Shown one piece after another: positions 35,153 to 49,000 of a stretch of DNA of 64,000 nt. A program made the translations under genes and the position numbers. Every line of letters starts with the position of its first letter. Position 1 is the first letter of the stretch. Under the pieces are notes generated by a model, which ran no database searches, had not been told where the DNA came from, and saw only the letters and a list, made by a program, of their open reading frames with translations. The DNA comes from Spizellomyces punctatus DAOM BR117 (Eukaryota), in NCBI GenBank assembly GCA_000182565.2, contig KQ257450.1, one strand, 5' to 3'.

Positions 35153-36276
35153 CTACGCAGAACGTAACAAACCGAGTTCTTCCAATATGCTCCTTCCTTC
35201 GTCCGAAACAGGTACGATTCCCTTCTTTGCGGCTTCTTCATCAGGAACAAAGGCTGTTCCATTGCCCAACCCAATAACCGGTAATCTCCATACTGCGACA
35301 TATTTTCTTTCCCACATGTTTTGGACCAAATGCTCATCGCTCGCATCGATGGTGTAAAAGAGGGGGAGGGAGAAATTGAATGGAGGTAACAGGGGATTAT
35401 TGTGATAGAAATCGCCAGGTTTGATATTTGTGTTTTGAAAGTTGCCTTTGCGGGGGTCGTGGAAGTTGGTTATAAGGTATTTAGCGCCTGCATCGCAAAA
35501 TAGAACGTGAGTAAACCGAGAGACCAGAGATGCATCGCAATAGGTTCACTTACCACTCCTTTGGAAGTTGCTATAAATCTTCAGGCCGTCCTCAAGTGGC
35601 AAATGCTGAATAGCATCTCTGCACAATATTGCATCAAATGCATCATGTGGAACAGCGTCCATGGCTAGATCTAGGTTGACGAATCGCATATTGGGTTTGT
35701 AAAGATATTTGCGCATGTTTTGTATTATAACGTTGGGTACAATGTCTGCGCCGGTGTACGCGATTTTGGAGAAAGAGGGGATTCCGGGCTGCCAGTTACA
35801 GTCGCCGCAGGGAGCGTCAAGAAAGGTTTGAATAGAAAAGTGATTGATGACGGTATCGATAAAGTTGCGAATTCGGGCTAGTGGAATGCGTGAAACGCGT
35901 GTCCAGAACAGTATTACTGACAACAAAAATGCTTACCAGTGTTTCTGACAGTCGATCCAGGACCAGATCTACTCTCAGGATTTCCCCATCCATTATTTTC
36001 AAAGATGCTCACAAAGGTGTTCTTGCGCTCCGCATCGGGATCAACCTGTGGGGTGACAACCTCAACGGGCGGGGCAGGTTCTGCTTCTGAGCTTTGCTGC
36101 AGAAGAATCTGGTCTGGAACCCTTGGCTGCAGTTTGGAGGCTGCAGGAATGGATGGTTCAAGGTTTGTAGCGTCATCGGTCGCGGGTGATCGCAAAGAGG
36201 AAAGGAGGAAGATAAAGGTGCAGATGAACAAGAGGAGAAGGACTGTTCGCATTCGCCGTGACATTCTGGGATTCAT
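35153..36276 (-). CDS. Type II membrane-anchored class I SAM-dependent methyltransferase (3 exons)
   Basis: Basic N-terminus, TM helix VLLLLFICTFIFLLSSL, Pro-rich stem, then WGNPESRSGPGS, motif I FLDAPCGDCNW, YTGADIV, DAILCRDAIQHLP, SGAKYLIT, PPFNF. Confidence 0.85.
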
Positions 36277-36614
36277 GAATAAAGTGCAAGGGCGGAAGAA
36301 GACAACGACCCACAATATATAGCACCGTAACGCCCCCCCGTCTAATTTCAAAGTCTATTCGTTGATGCTCCCAAAACAAAAAATGCGGAAAATGCAAATC
36401 AAACGGTCTGTTGGGGTCCTGGCGGTCGGCACCCGTGGCTTTTTGGCGGTGTGGCGACCAAAGTGGCTGTAAAAACCCATTATCCAAATTAGGTTAAATG
36501 AGTCTGGACAATTGAGTTTGGTTTATCCCACCAGGCTGTCCGAATCCTAGCTTTTTAGCTCGTTTGGACGAAATGCCATTGAACGAGCAGAATACCCCCC
36601 GCAAGAGGGAAGAC

Positions 36615-39600
36615 ATGAGTAGACAGAGCAAGACCCCTAGGTCGCAACAGACGACCTTGACTTCATTTTTCGGTGTTCCCAAACGCGAGGTTGGGACTCC
36701 TACTCCTCGACGAGGAGTTGCTGAAGGTAGTGTTGTAGTTCATGCGGTAGTGCACATGGGTGAAGCAGACATGTATGGAAGGGGTTGCTCGCTGTCTCTG
36801 GAACCATCAATGCGTCTTCCGTCTTCTTTCCATAAGCTTTCTAATGCGTCATGTCATATAGTCCGCGAACATTCGAGTCCCGTGGGACGGTCAAGTCCCT
36901 CAATATGCCCTTCTCCCACGCCACACAACAAAGATACTGTCCAACGAGGACAACTCCTCTCTCCAACCCTACCAAAGTCGTCCTTGAGTACACCACCTGC
37001 CACCGTTCTATCTTCTCCATCCAACCGGGCCCCCGGCCGGGTCTCGACTGGCAATAGCATAATAAATGATACGGCACAGAACGACGACCCGGATGATGAA
37101 GATGTAGTCATTGGGTTTCGAAGAAGGCTGAGAAAGCGAAGTAGCGCTGTGTATATTGAGTCAGATGAAGAGGACACTGAAAATGTTGCCCATAATGGAG
37201 CGCGAGCTTCGGGAAAGAGACTTAAACTCGGGGACAGCGATGATGAGGGAGACACATGGAAACCGCTCGAAGAGAAAAAAGATGCAACCGATTCGGAAGA
37301 CGGTATGGAAGTTGACGACGTAGATGATGAAGAAGGTGTCACTCCAATGAAGCAGGCCAAAACGCCCAAGACACCCAAAACACCCGCGCGTGTGAACAAT
37401 GCTATACCACAAGCACGCAGTGCTTCTTCAGCGAAATTGAAGGATTTTTCCATGACACCCAGCTCAGTCAAGAAAGGCTCAAGTTTTCTAAGTCCGTTGA
37501 ACTCTGAGAAGAAGAAAGCGCGGGCCGAAACGTTTAAGCAAAAGAACGAGGATCGCTATTCGTGGTTGTTGGATATAAGAGGTGTGCTTCCAAGTACATT
37601 GTTCATCCATATGGGGAACCTCACTTATACCTCTCTGAACAGATCATGAAGGCCGCCGTCCTGATGATGAGAACTACGACCCTCGGACTTTATTGATACC
37701 AGATGCTGCTTGGAAGTCATTCACACCATTTGAAAAGCAGTTTTGGGAAATCAAGTCAACGCACTGGGATACAGTGGTATTCTTTAAGAAGGGCAAAGTG
37801 GGTTGATTTATTACTGCCATGTATTTTGCGTGCTTCTGAACCGTTTGGAAACAAAGTTTTATGAGCTGTACGAAAAAGACGCTGATATTGGACATCAGCA
37901 TTTTGACCTGAAATTGACGGATCGGGTCAATATGCGAATGGTTGGCGTGCCTGAGAGCTCATTTGATCACTGGGCCGCCCAATTCCTGGCCAAGGTAGTG
38001 TCCTGCCTTCATTTTTCTGAGGCCTCGCAAACACAAGCTCAACCACTTTAGGGCTACAAAGTAGCTAAAGTCGATCAGATGGAGACCGCCGTAGGAAAAG
38101 CCATGCGTGACCGCGAGAAAACGACCAAAACGCAAGATGATAAAATCATTAGGCGGGAATTGAAATGCATTTTGACCACTGGCACGCTGGTTGACGCTGG
38201 TCTGTTGACGAATGACATGGGGACGTATTGCATGAGTATCAAAGAGAGATTGGATGCGGATCATCTTCCACCCTCTTTTGGTGGTATGTCCATGGCTTGC
38301 TTTGCTCAGCTTTTATCCTCTTCCTCACGGGTCGCTGTCTCATAGTGGCGTTTGTTGATACTGCGACATCGGAATTCTCTCTCTGTTCGTTCGATGACGA
38401 TGTTGAGAGAACCAGATTAGAAACCCTCATCATGCAGCTCAAGCCAAAAGAAGTCATTTTGGAGAAGGTAACTGCAATGATGCCATCCCTGCTCCGGCAA
38501 CCGTCTTCAACTGAGACTTCCCACTCATTCTAGGGTGCCTTCAGTAAAGCGTCCGCTCGGATTTTGAAGAACAATTTGCGTGAACTTCAAATTAATATGC
38601 TTGTGCCGGATAAAGAATTTTGGGCACATGAGACCGTTTTGGATGAGATCCGCGGTGGAAAATACTTTGCCGGAGGGGAGGGCGAAAGTGACGGAGAGCA
38701 GTCCTGGCCTGCTGCTCTGAAGGAAGCTCAACCCCTTGCTCTAGGTCAGTAATCGTGAGGTCATGTATTTCCTTAAACTTACTAAATCATCACGTTTCTT
38801 CAGAGGCCCTCGGTGGCCTTCTGTCGTATCTTCGATCCTTGATGATCGACAAAGAGCTGGTCTCAGCTAGAAATTTTCACACATACGATCCAATCCGGCA
38901 TGTTGGAAGTCTCATTCTCGATGGACAGACCCTAATCAATCTCGAGATTTTCGAAAACACATCCGACGGTACGGACGCGGGGTCCTTACACAAACTGCTC
39001 AATCATTGTGACACACCCTTCGGAAAGCGTCTCTTTAAACGTTGGTTGTGCCACCCACTTCGCTCTATTCCTGAAATCAATGATCGGTTGAACGCTATAG
39101 ACGATCTGAATAGCATTTACGGGCAACAGGAAAAACTGCAAATGTCACTCCGCAAGTTGCCGGACCTGGAGCGAGTTATCTCCCGAATCCATGCGGGCAC
39201 GGTTCGGGTGCGGGAATTTTTGGCTGCCTTGAGCGCTTTCAGATCAATTGGGGTAGGTGCGAATTGTGCATTGACAAATGATAAACCTGACACATTACCT
39301 CACCAGGATTTGATGGAAGAGATGAAACCCTTCATCGACGAATTCACATCAGTTAGACTAAAGCGCATATTTGAATCGGGCATGCCCGACAAGCTCATTG
39401 AAAGTCTGGACTACTTCATGAAGGCCTTTGATCATGTCACTGCAGCGGCAGCGGAGAGGATAGAATTGCACCGAGGGTACGATGCGGTGTTCGATAAGGC
39501 TTGTGAAGCTATCGAAGGGATTGAGGAAGAATTGGAGGTTCATCGACAGGAGTGTGAGAAGAAATTGAAGTACGCATCTGGAGTCGGTGCTCTTGATGGA

Positions 39601-41458
39601 AACGATGTTGGCTGATTTTCCGCATCTGCAGATGTAAGATCAAATACAAGGACATGGGCAAGGTGAGAATTGGTCGGCATGTTTTCTTCATGATTTCGCG
39701 ACCTTGACGAATCCCCGTATAGGAACTCTTTACGATGGAAGTACCAAAGAACACCAAAGTCCCTCGCGATTGGCACATCAAATCAAACACCGCGGTAGGT
39801 ACCCATGAAGAAGAACAACCCTCTTAAACTGCAAATGTTAAATCTTTATCCAGTCTGTGAGCAGATATTGGGATCCTACCGTAGAGAACCTGGTTAGAGA
39901 TTTTCTAGAAGCTCGCGAAGTAAAAGAGGAAGCCCTCCGAAATATCAAGACCAGATTATGTGCGAAATTTGATTCTCATTATATGGATTGGTTGGCGGTT
40001 GTAAAGAGCATTGCAGAGTTGGATTGTTTGATGAGTCTTGCGACGTGCCAGAGGAGTATTGGTGGTAAGTGGTGGTCTGGTACGTCAAGTAATGTTCCTA
40101 GATCATCTCATGACGGAAAATCTCCACAGAACCTAGATGTCGCCCAGAGTTTGTAGAGTCTGAAACAAGTATATTGGAGATTGATGAGATGAGACATCCT
40201 TGCATCACTCATGGGTAAATGCATGATATTGTTGCCATTGGAGAGCTGTGTTTGCTCTGTCTGACCTTGTGGTTGTGTAGAGCGGTCAGTGACTTTATAC
40301 CCAATGATCTACACTTTGGTGGAGGTGATAAATCGAATATGGTCTTGCTGACTGGCCCGAATATGGTGGGTTCAGTGTGGTACGTTTACTCCATCAGGAA
40401 TCAGCTAATGGAATATGTTCTCGTGGTAGGGCGGGAAATCTACGCTACTTCGCCAGGTATATCAGGATCATAAGAGGACTGAAGTCATTACTCACATATG
40501 TCCCGCAGACTTGCATTGCTGTCATAATGGCCCAAATGGGATGCTACGTCCCTGCACGGCGCTGCCGTATGACGATTTTTGATAGGATCTTTACACGATT
40601 GGGTAAGGATGCCAATGTAAGATTTGATGGTTGAAGGGTGGGGGTTGAAAAATTGCACATTTAGGGGCAAACGACAATATTCTTGCCGGTCAGTCGACAT
40701 TCATGGTTGAACTTGCGGAAACGTGCAAGATCATGCGGGAAGCTACACCGCGATCCCTCGTTATTCTGGATGAGCTCGGCCGAGGAACATCAACTTTTGA
40801 TGGGTTAGCAAACATTGGTCTACTGGCGTTCGCTATATTCATTGGCTGACCCTTTGTCATGTAGTTATGCTATTGCGTATGCGGTCTTGCATCATTTGAT
40901 CACACATGTCCGCTGCCTCGGGCTGTTTAGCACTCATTACCGTATGCTTACCACCGAGTTTGCTGATAACTCGTTAATAACGATGAAGTACATGAGTTTC
41001 CTTACCGATGAGGAAAAGTGAGCTTCAAATTCAGTGCTTTGTCTTATTTTCTGTCGCAAGGATGTGCCGAATGCTGATTCTGTTTTTATTTTCTTATGAA
41101 AGGCGCGAAGTCACCTTTTTATACAAATTGACAGACGGAAGCTGTCCGAAGAGTTATGGGATGAACGTCGCGAGCATGGCTGGTGTGCCCATTGAAATTG
41201 TTGAGAAGGCCGATAAGATTGCGGCCAGTTTTCAGGATAGCAAGGAGGCGTTAGGGGAAAATGCGATGGAGTAAGTTTTCAGGCAGTGGTCGGTGTTTTC
41301 AAATCATTTATTTCTGACTCGCAAACGCTTGCGTCTGTAGGAGACCTGAATATAGGCTCACACGATTAGCAAACTTTGCCGAACTAATGGCTGCAACGAA
41401 AGAGCCCAAAAATTCCTTTGAGCTCGTAAAAACGATCTGGAGAGGACTCCGTGCTTGA
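36615..41458 (+). CDS. MSH6: DNA mismatch repair protein Msh6
   Basis: N-terminal PIP box [110 protein letters not shown]. Confidence 0.97.
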
Positions 41459-41660
41459 GATCCGGAGGTGCATATAGACCTTGTCCTCGACGAATGCGTC
41501 TGTTTATTGGGAACGATTGGGAATGTTTGGGAATTTCGATGGCGGCCCCAAGGGGATGTTTTGCGCCTTCTATTACTAAGGAGTAGATGATGGGTTATCC
41601 AAATTGTATAATTTAGACTTCATGCTCCAATTGTAATCATTGGATGTTTAGAGCTTTTTT

Positions 41661-44600
41661 TCACAACGTCCCGATAACATCCCATCGAATAATTCGTGCA
41701 TCGTCCGTAACTGCCATCAATATCCTGAAAAACAGATACGCCTGGTAAAAATAAAATGCAATGTGAAATTATATATGACCACACCCACGTCTCATCCCGC
41801 GCAAAAGCCAAAGCCCTGATCTGAACGGGCTTCTTTGGGCCTCCAATTACAACACGCATCCGACCAGTTGGGTCATCTTTTTTTGCAATATCGTCGATTT
41901 TATCCGCGACGCTCAGTTGAAGCAGGTAGGGTATGTCCTGTTGGGTTCATTGTCAGCTTCAGGTGAATAGCATGATAGTGTTGGCAGTGTTGTACCCATA
42001 TGTAAATCTCTCCCATCATGTTTCCGACAGCTAGATACCGGCCTGATGGACTTAGGGTTGCGCGGACAAACCATAGGGAATGGTCATCTTGCTCTGGATA
42101 CTAAAGCAGAACAGATGTGAGGTTCATTTCTATGTGGTACAACTGGCCCAGCTTGTCACACGACTTACTTCAAATTGATGACAGTAGAAGATGTCTTGGC
42201 TGATGACCCTCTTGGCCTTCAATACATACAAGACTCGTCAATTCATAATTTGAAGGACTCTAGAACGTAGCATGCTACTCACTGTGTTAGACAATTTGGT
42301 CCTCCGTTCGATTTCTGGCTGAAACATCTACCATGCTGAACACTGAGCACATAGCCATAACAAGACCAGATCAGAACAGCAGACAATCCTACCCTGATGC
42401 AGCTTTCCGTTGATTTGGCCAGACACAGATCCCCCCACCACTGAACCCAGTCCACGTAACCATGCCATACGTATGGAGATGACATGATGGGTATTTTTTC
42501 AAATGCCAACGAAGCAGGCTGCTTGTCTTTCCTATCGGATGACGAAGATTTCCATGAAGAACGTCTGGTACGATTTATTCGGCCTCGGTAGTATGCGGCA
42601 GGAGGGAGGGAAGATGGCTGCCCTTGGTAAGAGTAGGCTATTGCAGAGCGGATTGAGCGTGTATCGGTGTTCCAGAGGCGCACTAATTCAAGTGAAGTTA
42701 GAGGCAGTCCGTATGGCTGGCAGTGGCTGCTGAACCGACACTCGACTGTACCTGTTCCGTCCTTTTCACCGACCAGAAGTTTCTTCCCAGTGTGATGCCA
42801 AGCCTAAGTGCTGCCTCAACACTATGTGTATCCGTGAAATAAACACATAGTTTAATCATACCAATGAGAGTAATCCCATCCTTTGAAATTCAGTTGCGGT
42901 CATGAATATCGCAATCACATGACCCGTTTTGCCATTCCAGAGTCGAGCAGATAAATCACAAGAAGCAGTTGCGAATAGGAGCGGATCTTTGGGATGCGTC
43001 TTGATGTCATTGACATGCTAGACGCAAAATAATCAATGCGTGCTCGTTTGAACGACGGGACGGAACCGCACAACCACTTACAGACCCATGCGAATGTAGA
43101 TGCTATTACAGCGAATTAGAACATTGACGCTCAAGCCGGCCAACTCAGTCGTCCTAACCTTATACTCTCCACTATCCGCATCAAAGACCATCAAAAAGCC
43201 ATCAGATCCACCAGCAGCAATATGACACTTGGCTTCCTTCTCATCATATAGCCAATCACAACAAAACACGTCAGGAGGTTCGTGGACAAGATCAATACCA
43301 GCATATACTAGTGGATTCAGCGGCATCTAGTCAAGATATTATGAGGAGCTTGCGCTATTCACTTTATTGGCTACTGAAATTACCTGTTTGCTTAAATCCC
43401 ACTTGCGTTTCATCTTCGTCTGTTTACCCGGTATTGACGTCCATATGGATACCTAAAGTAGATCATCATTTTCTGCCCATGAACCAACCGGAATTCCTGG
43501 ATCTCACCTGGCCACAGCCAACGACAGCAAATTCAACTCCTGTAAATAGGTTCGCTCGCACATCGTAGAGCTTGTCATTCACTGGCTGTCTTTTCGTGGA
43601 TGTGGGCTTTTGGAACCTGCGTACTGGAACTTGATGGACTTGAGCCCGCCCGAATAAAGGAAGAGGCTGGTAGCCGACGTCAACGTCGTCTTCTTCGTCC
43701 TTGTCCGAAGAGGATGCGGGGCAAGGTGTGCTTTCAATGTTAGCATCGTCTAGTGTACCGTCAGAGTAGGTCGCTACATTCGCCGAAGTGGTCCGGGGAC
43801 GTTTGATTGCGATCTGCGGATCACTGTCCTCGATACGCCGGGCGCGTTTTCTATATCTCTTTAATCTTCGTTCTAACAGACTCTCATCATCAGATTCGTC
43901 AGCTGCCGAAAGCCGATCTGATTCCGCTTTCAGCCACATCTCGGAGAGGTTCCCCGGGTGGTATCTAGGGGGGTATCTTTGGTCGGGCGATCTGGCTTTC
44001 GGCAGTGACATACGTGATTTTGACCTCGTTGCTGAGGATTTACCTTGGAAGCTTCTGTCAGAGACGGCAACCTTTTCCTTTTTTAAGAAGTCAGAGATTG
44101 ATGAGAGACCCTCCGGGACACTGTCGGGGAAACCAATCTTCACCGGAATTGCACCAGCTAGCAACCCGTCGCCATTTGTTATAGTACGGGAAGTAACGTT
44201 TTCAGGCCTGACGCCATCAAAGGAAATATTAAGTCGTGTGTCCACATTAGAGCCTCCTGTCGTAGGGGATACGGCGAGTCCAGTAGCAGTACTAACGGGA
44301 AAAGCAGAGCCGCGAGAGGATTCAACGACCACTGTTGACTGAAAATTTGATGAATCCAGCGAAAACGATCCATTTATGTGGGATATCGATATTGATTCTG
44401 TGGCGGTCGAGGCGTCGCTATGACATGGATCATCCCCAGCAGCACTCTTTGTTGCTAATTTGGCCGGTTCTCTTTGTTTGCGCTTCTGTCCGGTTGTATA
44501 TCGACATGGCGCGTTCGGCTCTGTACATTGCTTCGTCAAATCAATGAGATCATGGTCAAGAATACGTTCTGCTATCACTTGAGGATGGGTCTTATGCTTC

Positions 44601-45202
44601 TTTCGAAGCCGTTTACGGTGGCGCCTCCCTTCTTGAACCAGATTCACAATACATGCTTTGACATTGTGTTGTCTCCTCCCTTTTCTGTTTTTCGATCTGA
44701 GCTTCCCTTCATCGTCCGATTCTGATGTTATGAGTACGACTTCCGTCAAGCGATCATTTGTGGAGTTCTGAACAACGACATGATCCGAATCCACTAAGTC
44801 AATGACAGTCTCTTGACCAGCAGGAGTTACGGGGCTTCCCTTGTTTGAGCTGCTGATGTCGTTACTGCCCAGTTGTGGTGTTTCAGGGGTAAGCTCGGAC
44901 ACTGTTGGCAGAGTCGACATGTCCTGCATCGTTAACTGATCCGCGACTTCCACTACACCATTGATATGACTGACAGCTTGACTGACGCCTTCCATTCCAT
45001 TTTCTAAGCTGTATGGCTGAAAGTCATCTGGAGCACGCTGGTCTGCGACCATAATTACATTCTGGTCGACATGATCATCAACCATCACGCCCCCGGGTAG
45101 TGTGGAATTTTGGTGGGGTGTCCCAAAATGCCTGCCCAAACCTCCGTGGATAAAATTTTGAAGTTCTATTCCCGAAATCCGAAATGACCAACGATATGTC
45201 AA
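41661..45202 (-). CDS. EED/ESC-like WD40 protein (Polycomb PRC2 subunit-like) with a long disordered N-terminal extension; 5' end unresolved, may extend to ~45920
   Basis: Ordered EED-like segments: LYDVRAN..EFAVVG, DVFCCDW, IAAGG..G, VNDIKTHPKDPLLFATASCDLSARLWN, WHGYVDWVQWWGDLCLAKSTE, LWFVR..LAVGNMMGEIYIWD, IRALAFARDET-ILMAVTDDARIIRWD; preceded by the 578-codon exon 43466-45202. Confidence 0.78.
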
Positions 45203-46027
45203 TGTGCGCTGGAATGCCGTTTCAGGTATTCAGGTATCGTGGTCAGCGGATGCGGCTCATGCGGCTTCAATATTATTGAGACCGAGCTTTTCGCCAGTAT
45301 AATAGTCGTTTCAGGGACAGATGGCAAGGGCCCTTGTGCACGCTGGACTGATATCGGTCAAGAAAAATTACTGCTGTGCGGGGAACTCTGACGGGAATGC
45401 TGAATCTGTTGTACAATGCGTCGGGTTGGAAATGATATAGTCAGTGGAAATTCTTTCGAAGATGCCAGGGAAGCATTTTGAGGCAGCAGTGAGCACGGCT
45501 TCATTACCCATTTGGTGTTTAAGTTTGAGCTGACGAATCTGGCGATCTAAAGATTCCGTTTCGTATTCAAGCAAGGGATTTTTAACATATGTCCAAAAAC
45601 ATATCTGCACCAAAACGGACGAGGGAAAACTTTCAGTCATTGAGTGTAAGAAGAAGTTTCGACTGAGATCTTCCAATGATTCATTTGCCAGCAAAGGAGG
45701 TCATTGCAGTTTCCGGATTGTCTCATCCAAGGTTCAACCCATGTCAGACATCCGTGTAATTATCCTTCGCTATGCGTTTGTGTGTTCCTCGATATTTCTA
45801 TCTATGCATGTATTGTGTGCAGGATACATACCTCTTTTGCGTTCGGCTTCCTTCCCAATAGTGCAAAATCGTCGTCCCCCAGGTCTCAACACTCTCCAGA
45901 TCGAACTCCCAGCGTAAGCGCATCAGGTGAATCTAGTCAGGTGATCTGATCATGTCAGCCAATTGAAGCATGTCCGAAATGCAATACGCTCAAGAGCGAT
46001 CGCGGTCGGCTTGACATCTTCCTCGTC

Positions 46028-49000
46028 ATGTTCGCCAAGCGGGCAAACTCTTCGCAGGGGGCCTGGCCGAAACCTGGCAGGAAGAGAGGGCGACAAAAGG
46101 ACGCGGAGGGTCAGTCAGTGAGTATTGATAATGTTAACCGCAATCATGATTCTTGCCCATTAACTTTGCCTGGTCACGCAGCTTCAACTTGAGCGCGTAT
46201 TGGGTTTAAGTGTAACCCGACCCTCTGCATTGACTCTCAATCAAAACTTGGATACCCCGGTCCTTGCGTATCCCGCAGGCGGCATAGTGGTTCTTTACAA
46301 TTACAAACGTAACCGACAGGTTGGGTTTTTGACTCCCAATGCGACCTTCGACGCGGAGAGAGGGGCTGGATCGACAGGAGGAAGACGAGCTTCGCTGGCG
46401 GCAGGTGGCAAAGCAGTATCTTGTGTGGCGTATTCGCAGGATGGTGAATATTTGGCGGTTGGAGAGGTAGGTGGGTAAAGCCATGCATTGTCTGTCAGTA
46501 ATATCCAGCGGAAGTTTTGAGTTTGTTCTCCTCAGGCAGGGCATCAACCGAAGGTGCTAATATGGAAGGGGTCTACTCTGGTTTCGGAGTTGGTGGGCCA
46601 TTTGTATGGAGTCTTAGCAGTGGCCTTTTGCCCAGACTGCAAGTATCTTGTCTCAGTTGGATATCAGGTAATATTGGCAGAGGTTGTTCAGGCCCATAAG
46701 CAAAGACTCATTGGTTGTATCTAGCACGATGGATTGCTCTACGTCTGGAACTGGCGAACAGGGCAACGACTTGCATATGCTAAACTCGACGCAAAGGTGA
46801 TTCTCGTCGCTGATCAGCCTCCGTGGTCGCTGTGTGGTTCTAAATGTGCTGTGCAGATACATTCTCTGGCATTCTCTCCCAAAGGAGATTTTTTTGTCAC
46901 TGTAGGAGTGCAGCATGTTACGTTTTGGCCGATGGACGCAGATAAACTCGTGCAAAATGCGAAGGTGCGCCCGTGAACTAAATCCACCAGGCGACCACGA
47001 TAAACTACTAAGTATAGTTCCTTTCAGGCTGCAAAGCCCGTGAATATTGTTCTTGAAGGAACCTCGGGCCAGTTTACTAGCCATAAGAATTGCGTGTTTA
47101 TGGACGTAGCGTGTTCAACTGCAAGTGACGGCAAGACAACCACGTATTCCATTACTGATGATGGCACATTAGTGTGTTTCAGTCACGACAGAGAATTGGT
47201 GAAGTGGGTTGAGTTGAAGGTACAACGACAGGTGCAGGAAATCGCATCGTCGAGTCATTAACCTGCCAGCATTACACAAGGTGCCAGGGCGTTCAGTCAA
47301 TGTGTCTGCAAAGTATATTGCGTGTGGATGCGCTGATGGAGTAATTCGCCTTTTTGAGACATTTACGATGCAGTATATTGTGACTCTTCCAAAAACACAT
47401 CCGATTGATGTCCATCCCCATACAAGGGGTAGTCCGACGTGAGTCTTTGATAAAGCCCCGAGCATCATTTCATCGTTCTTATTCTCTGAACAAGATCCTC
47501 GTCGCTATACCCTGATGTCGAAGCGATTGCCATTGATGCACACAGCGAAAAACTTGCTTGTATCTTCAATGACCATTCATTGTTGATCTGGAATATCAAG
47601 GACCCAAAGCATCCGAAGACATATAGGAGCTTTCTTTGGCATAGCGATGCAATATGGGGAGTTGAGGTAATAAAGTTGCAAGTTTCGGAGGCATTGGGAA
47701 ATTTACTGATTACCATTATAATAGATGGTTCCAACAATTGCAGATGATTACCCATCAGTAGACTCAGAGTCACCTCCTTCCGGACTCCCTCCGAACACAT
47801 TCGTGACCTATTCGTCAGACGGAACAGTGCGATTCTGGAATCTGGACGGTACCAGCAGCGCCCATAGCGTCTCACCAACCGGCTCTGAAACAAGCAATGG
47901 CCTGACTGTTTCTGATTACTTCCGTCAAAATGATTACTCCCGGGAGCTTTTACGAATTTTGTATGTTGATAGAGCTGGAATTCTCAAGCTCAAAACTCAT
48001 ACTGATGGCGGTGAGAGTTTTCGGACTATATTTGAGGCTAGACGATGTGGCTCGGATTGACATGAGTTACTACAGAACCGTCAGCGGCGGAGAAGACTGG
48101 TGTACGAGCTTTGCGTGTAACACCTGATGGGCAGTTTTTAGCATCTGGAGATCGTTTGGGGAACGTAAGGTACCTTTGTACCTGCCTGACACCCGCATAT
48201 GAGCTGAGCTACAACTAAAACAATTATTGCTTAGAGTACATGAGCTTGTAACTTTTCAGCAGTTGAAGTTTTTGGAGGCGCACGAAGCTGAAGTCCTTTC
48301 GATTGATTTTTCCGATGACCCACATGCGGGTATGATTATGCTATTTGGACAGAGACGCGCACGGAGCTATTGGCTAAGTCGGTATCATCGAACATAGATT
48401 CTTTCCTGATGGCTACAGCAAGCCGCGATCGGTTGATACATGTTTTTGATGGGGCCCGCGATTTTGAGCTGGTACAAACGCTAGATGATCATACATCCTC
48501 TATCACCTCAGTCCGCTTCTGCGATAATGGCCGCCGTTTAATGAGCTGCGGGGCAGACAGGTCCTTGATATTTCGCGTGACAGACGTACGTAGTTGGGTG
48601 CTGCTCGCCTTCCTTATCCTTGGCGATTGATGTTATGATTGTTCACAACAGACCGGTAATGGATTTCAAAGTTATCATAAAGCCCTTAGTCGATCCACAA
48701 TATATGACCTCGACATCGATGCAACGTCAAAGTATCTAGCGACAGTATCTCAAGATCGGCGGATTAATGTCTACTCAGTCAATACTGGCAAATCCGTCCG
48801 TTCTTACCGCCCCGAATTTGATGATACAAGCGCAGACAGCGGTTTTACTAAGCTTTCGCTCGATCAGTCGGGTGCCTATGCAGCTACCTCTGCCTCTGAC
48901 AAAACGATACGCATTTTCGACTTTTACTCCGGAGACTGTCTTGGCAGAGTTGCAAGTGGACATTCGGAACTGGTCACCGGTGTCAAGTTTACCCTCGATT

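Noticed and set aside
6189-41458. Two MutS-family genes (MSH1 and MSH6) in one window as a possible repair cluster
   Set aside because: About 27 kb apart with unrelated genes between them; ancient paralogues acting in different compartments; most likely chance.
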